Shown piece by piece: positions 55,577 to 56,922 of a stretch of 56,922 bases of DNA. The stretch's first letter is position 1. Every line of letters starts with the position of its first letter. The stretch covers positions 1 to 56,922 of the IMG/VR virus record IMGVR_UViG_3300037153_000232. One strand, 5' to 3'. This DNA is from a virus (lineage: Duplodnaviria > Caudoviricetes). The translations under genes and the position numbers were made by a program. Under the pieces are notes generated by a model. That model searched no databases, had not been told where the DNA came from, and saw only the letters and a program-made list of their open reading frames with translations.

Positions 55577-56922
55577 TGCCAGGCCAGATTGTCGGGCCGA
55601 ACGAAACGATGATCCGAGCGGGCGTCGGCCTGCGCATTACCTCCAGCACACCGCTACCGAGCTTCATCCGAGGCCGCTTCGGATACATCGGGCAAGCCAA
55701 CTGGGGGCCGCTCAACACCGCCGTCGAGATGCTCAGCCGCAGCCAGATCGAAGACACCTTCGGTGAGGCGGGCGTGGCGGGCAACACGATGGACGGTGCG
55801 CAAGAGTGCTTCAACGGGGGTGCCGTCACGGGCGTGGTCGTGCGCGTCGGCACTGGCGGTACACAGGGCAGCGACGCGCTCCAAGACGGCGCGGCGGCGA
55901 CCGTGGGCAACGTCACGGTGCTGTATCCAGGCACGCGAGCCTTCTCCTACGCCATCCGCGACTCGCTGTCGGACACCAACCTGCGCGAACTGGTGGTCTA
56001 CGAGGGCAGCTTGCAGCGCGAGGTGTGGAGCTTCGCCAAGAAGAGCGGCGCGCAGAGCATCGAGATCGACAGCCTGATGGCGGCGGTCAACAATCACTCG
56101 CTGTACGTGACCATCACCAAGACCACGTCGGGCGACGGCACGCTGAACGCCGTGGCGCAGAAGCCCATCCCGCCTGGCACCGCGCCGACCATCGCGGGCA
56201 GCGCCTACAGCACGGCGCTGACCGAACTGGGCAAGGAGAACTTCTTCGTCACCTGCGTGGACAGCGAAGACGCCGACACGCACACGCTGGTGCAGGCCTG
56301 GATTGACGACCAGCAGATGCACGGCCGACGTCGCGTGGCGGTGCTGGGCATCCCGATCACCGAGACGTGGGCGAACCGCAAGAACCGAGCGGTGACCGCC
56401 AACAACCCCGCCATCGTCATCGTCGGCAACGGCTTCGAGCGCCACGGCCCCGACGGGCTGACGGTCATCCCGATTGACGGCTACCTGGCGGCGGCGCGGC
56501 TGGCGGGCGCGTACACGGCCAGCAAGCCCAACCAGCAACTCACGCACCGCGTTATCCCTGATGCCACGGGCCTGGTCGGGCCGCTGACCGACGACGAGCT
56601 TACCGAGGCCAAGCTGTCGGGCCTGAGCACCTTCTCGATGAGCTTCCGAGGTCGCATCTGGATCTCCGAGGGCGTCAACACGCTGACCAACCCGCAGACG
56701 CCGCCTGTCTGGGCCGAGTCGATGAGCCAGGCCTGGGGCAAGATGCGGCGTGTGATGACGCGCTTCTACCTGATTGACGACGTGACGGCCATCTGGGACG
56801 ACATGATCGGCAGCGTCAACAACACCGATACCGGGCGCGGCGTGCTGAAGACGGCGGCGCAGGGCATCGTCAACAGCTACATCGCCAACGGCGCGCTGAT
56901 CCAGGGCACGGTCGCCGTGGAC
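55576..56922 (+). CDS. Contractile tail sheath protein (3' truncated)
   Basis: Manual translation MPGQ...ANWGPLN...LYPG...ISEGVNTL...WGKMRRV...IGSVNN; open to the window edge and absent from the ORF track. Confidence 0.9.
   Translation, partial: MPGQIVGPNETMIRAGVGLRITSSTPLPSFIRGRFGYIGQANWGPLNTAVEMLSRSQIEDTFGEAGVAGNTMDGAQECFNGGAVTGVVVRVGTGGTQGSDALQDGAAATVGNVTVLYPGTRAFSYAIRDSLSDTNLRELVVYEGSLQREVWSFAKKSGAQSIEIDSLMAAVNNHSLYVTITKTTSGDGTLNAVAQKPIPPGTAPTIAGSAYSTALTELGKENFFVTCVDSEDADTHTLVQAWIDDQQMHGRRRVAVLGIPITETWANRKNRAVTANNPAIVIVGNGFERHGPDGLTVIPIDGYLAAARLAGAYTASKPNQQLTHRVIPDATGLVGPLTDDELTEAKLSGLSTFSMSFRGRIWISEGVNTLTNPQTPPVWAESMSQAWGKMRRVMTRFYLIDDVTAIWDDMIGSVNNTDTGRGVLKTAAQGIVNSYIANGALIQGTVAVD

Noticed and set aside
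1-56922. tRNA, integrase, reverse transcriptase/DGR, intron or intein
   Set aside because: No recognisable cloverleaf, YxDD or recombinase motifs by eye, and DnaB and TerL are uninterrupted. tRNAscan and HMM searches would be needed to exclude them.

Overview
High-GC segment of a tailed dsDNA phage or prophage genome with a contractile tail (sheath gene at the right edge). Nearly all genes are on the + strand. Order: early/accessory region built from promoter-headed modules (1-9.7 kb); three ParB-like genes plus a Top6A/Spo11-like TOPRIM gene (9.9-13.5 kb); Cro-like HTH, Rad52-like annealase, iteron-containing replication initiator, DnaB, VRR-NUC, RNase H and a DNA methyltransferase (14-26 kb); many small Zn-finger ORFs; terminase, portal, a Flp-type pilin, a 2311-aa MuF fusion, an Rpf transglycosylase; then protease/scaffold, capsid, neck and sheath genes. 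The most unusual signal is non-coding. Two candidate small RNAs (about 6735-6826 on +, about 17477-17550 on -) expose loops that are exactly complementary to two different repeated ribosome-binding-site motifs found upstream of distant early genes. This suggests a phage sRNA network for trans-acting translational control, layered on a shared 18-bp operator. The host may be Chloroflexota or Actinomycetota (inference). All calls come from reading motifs by eye; no searches were run.
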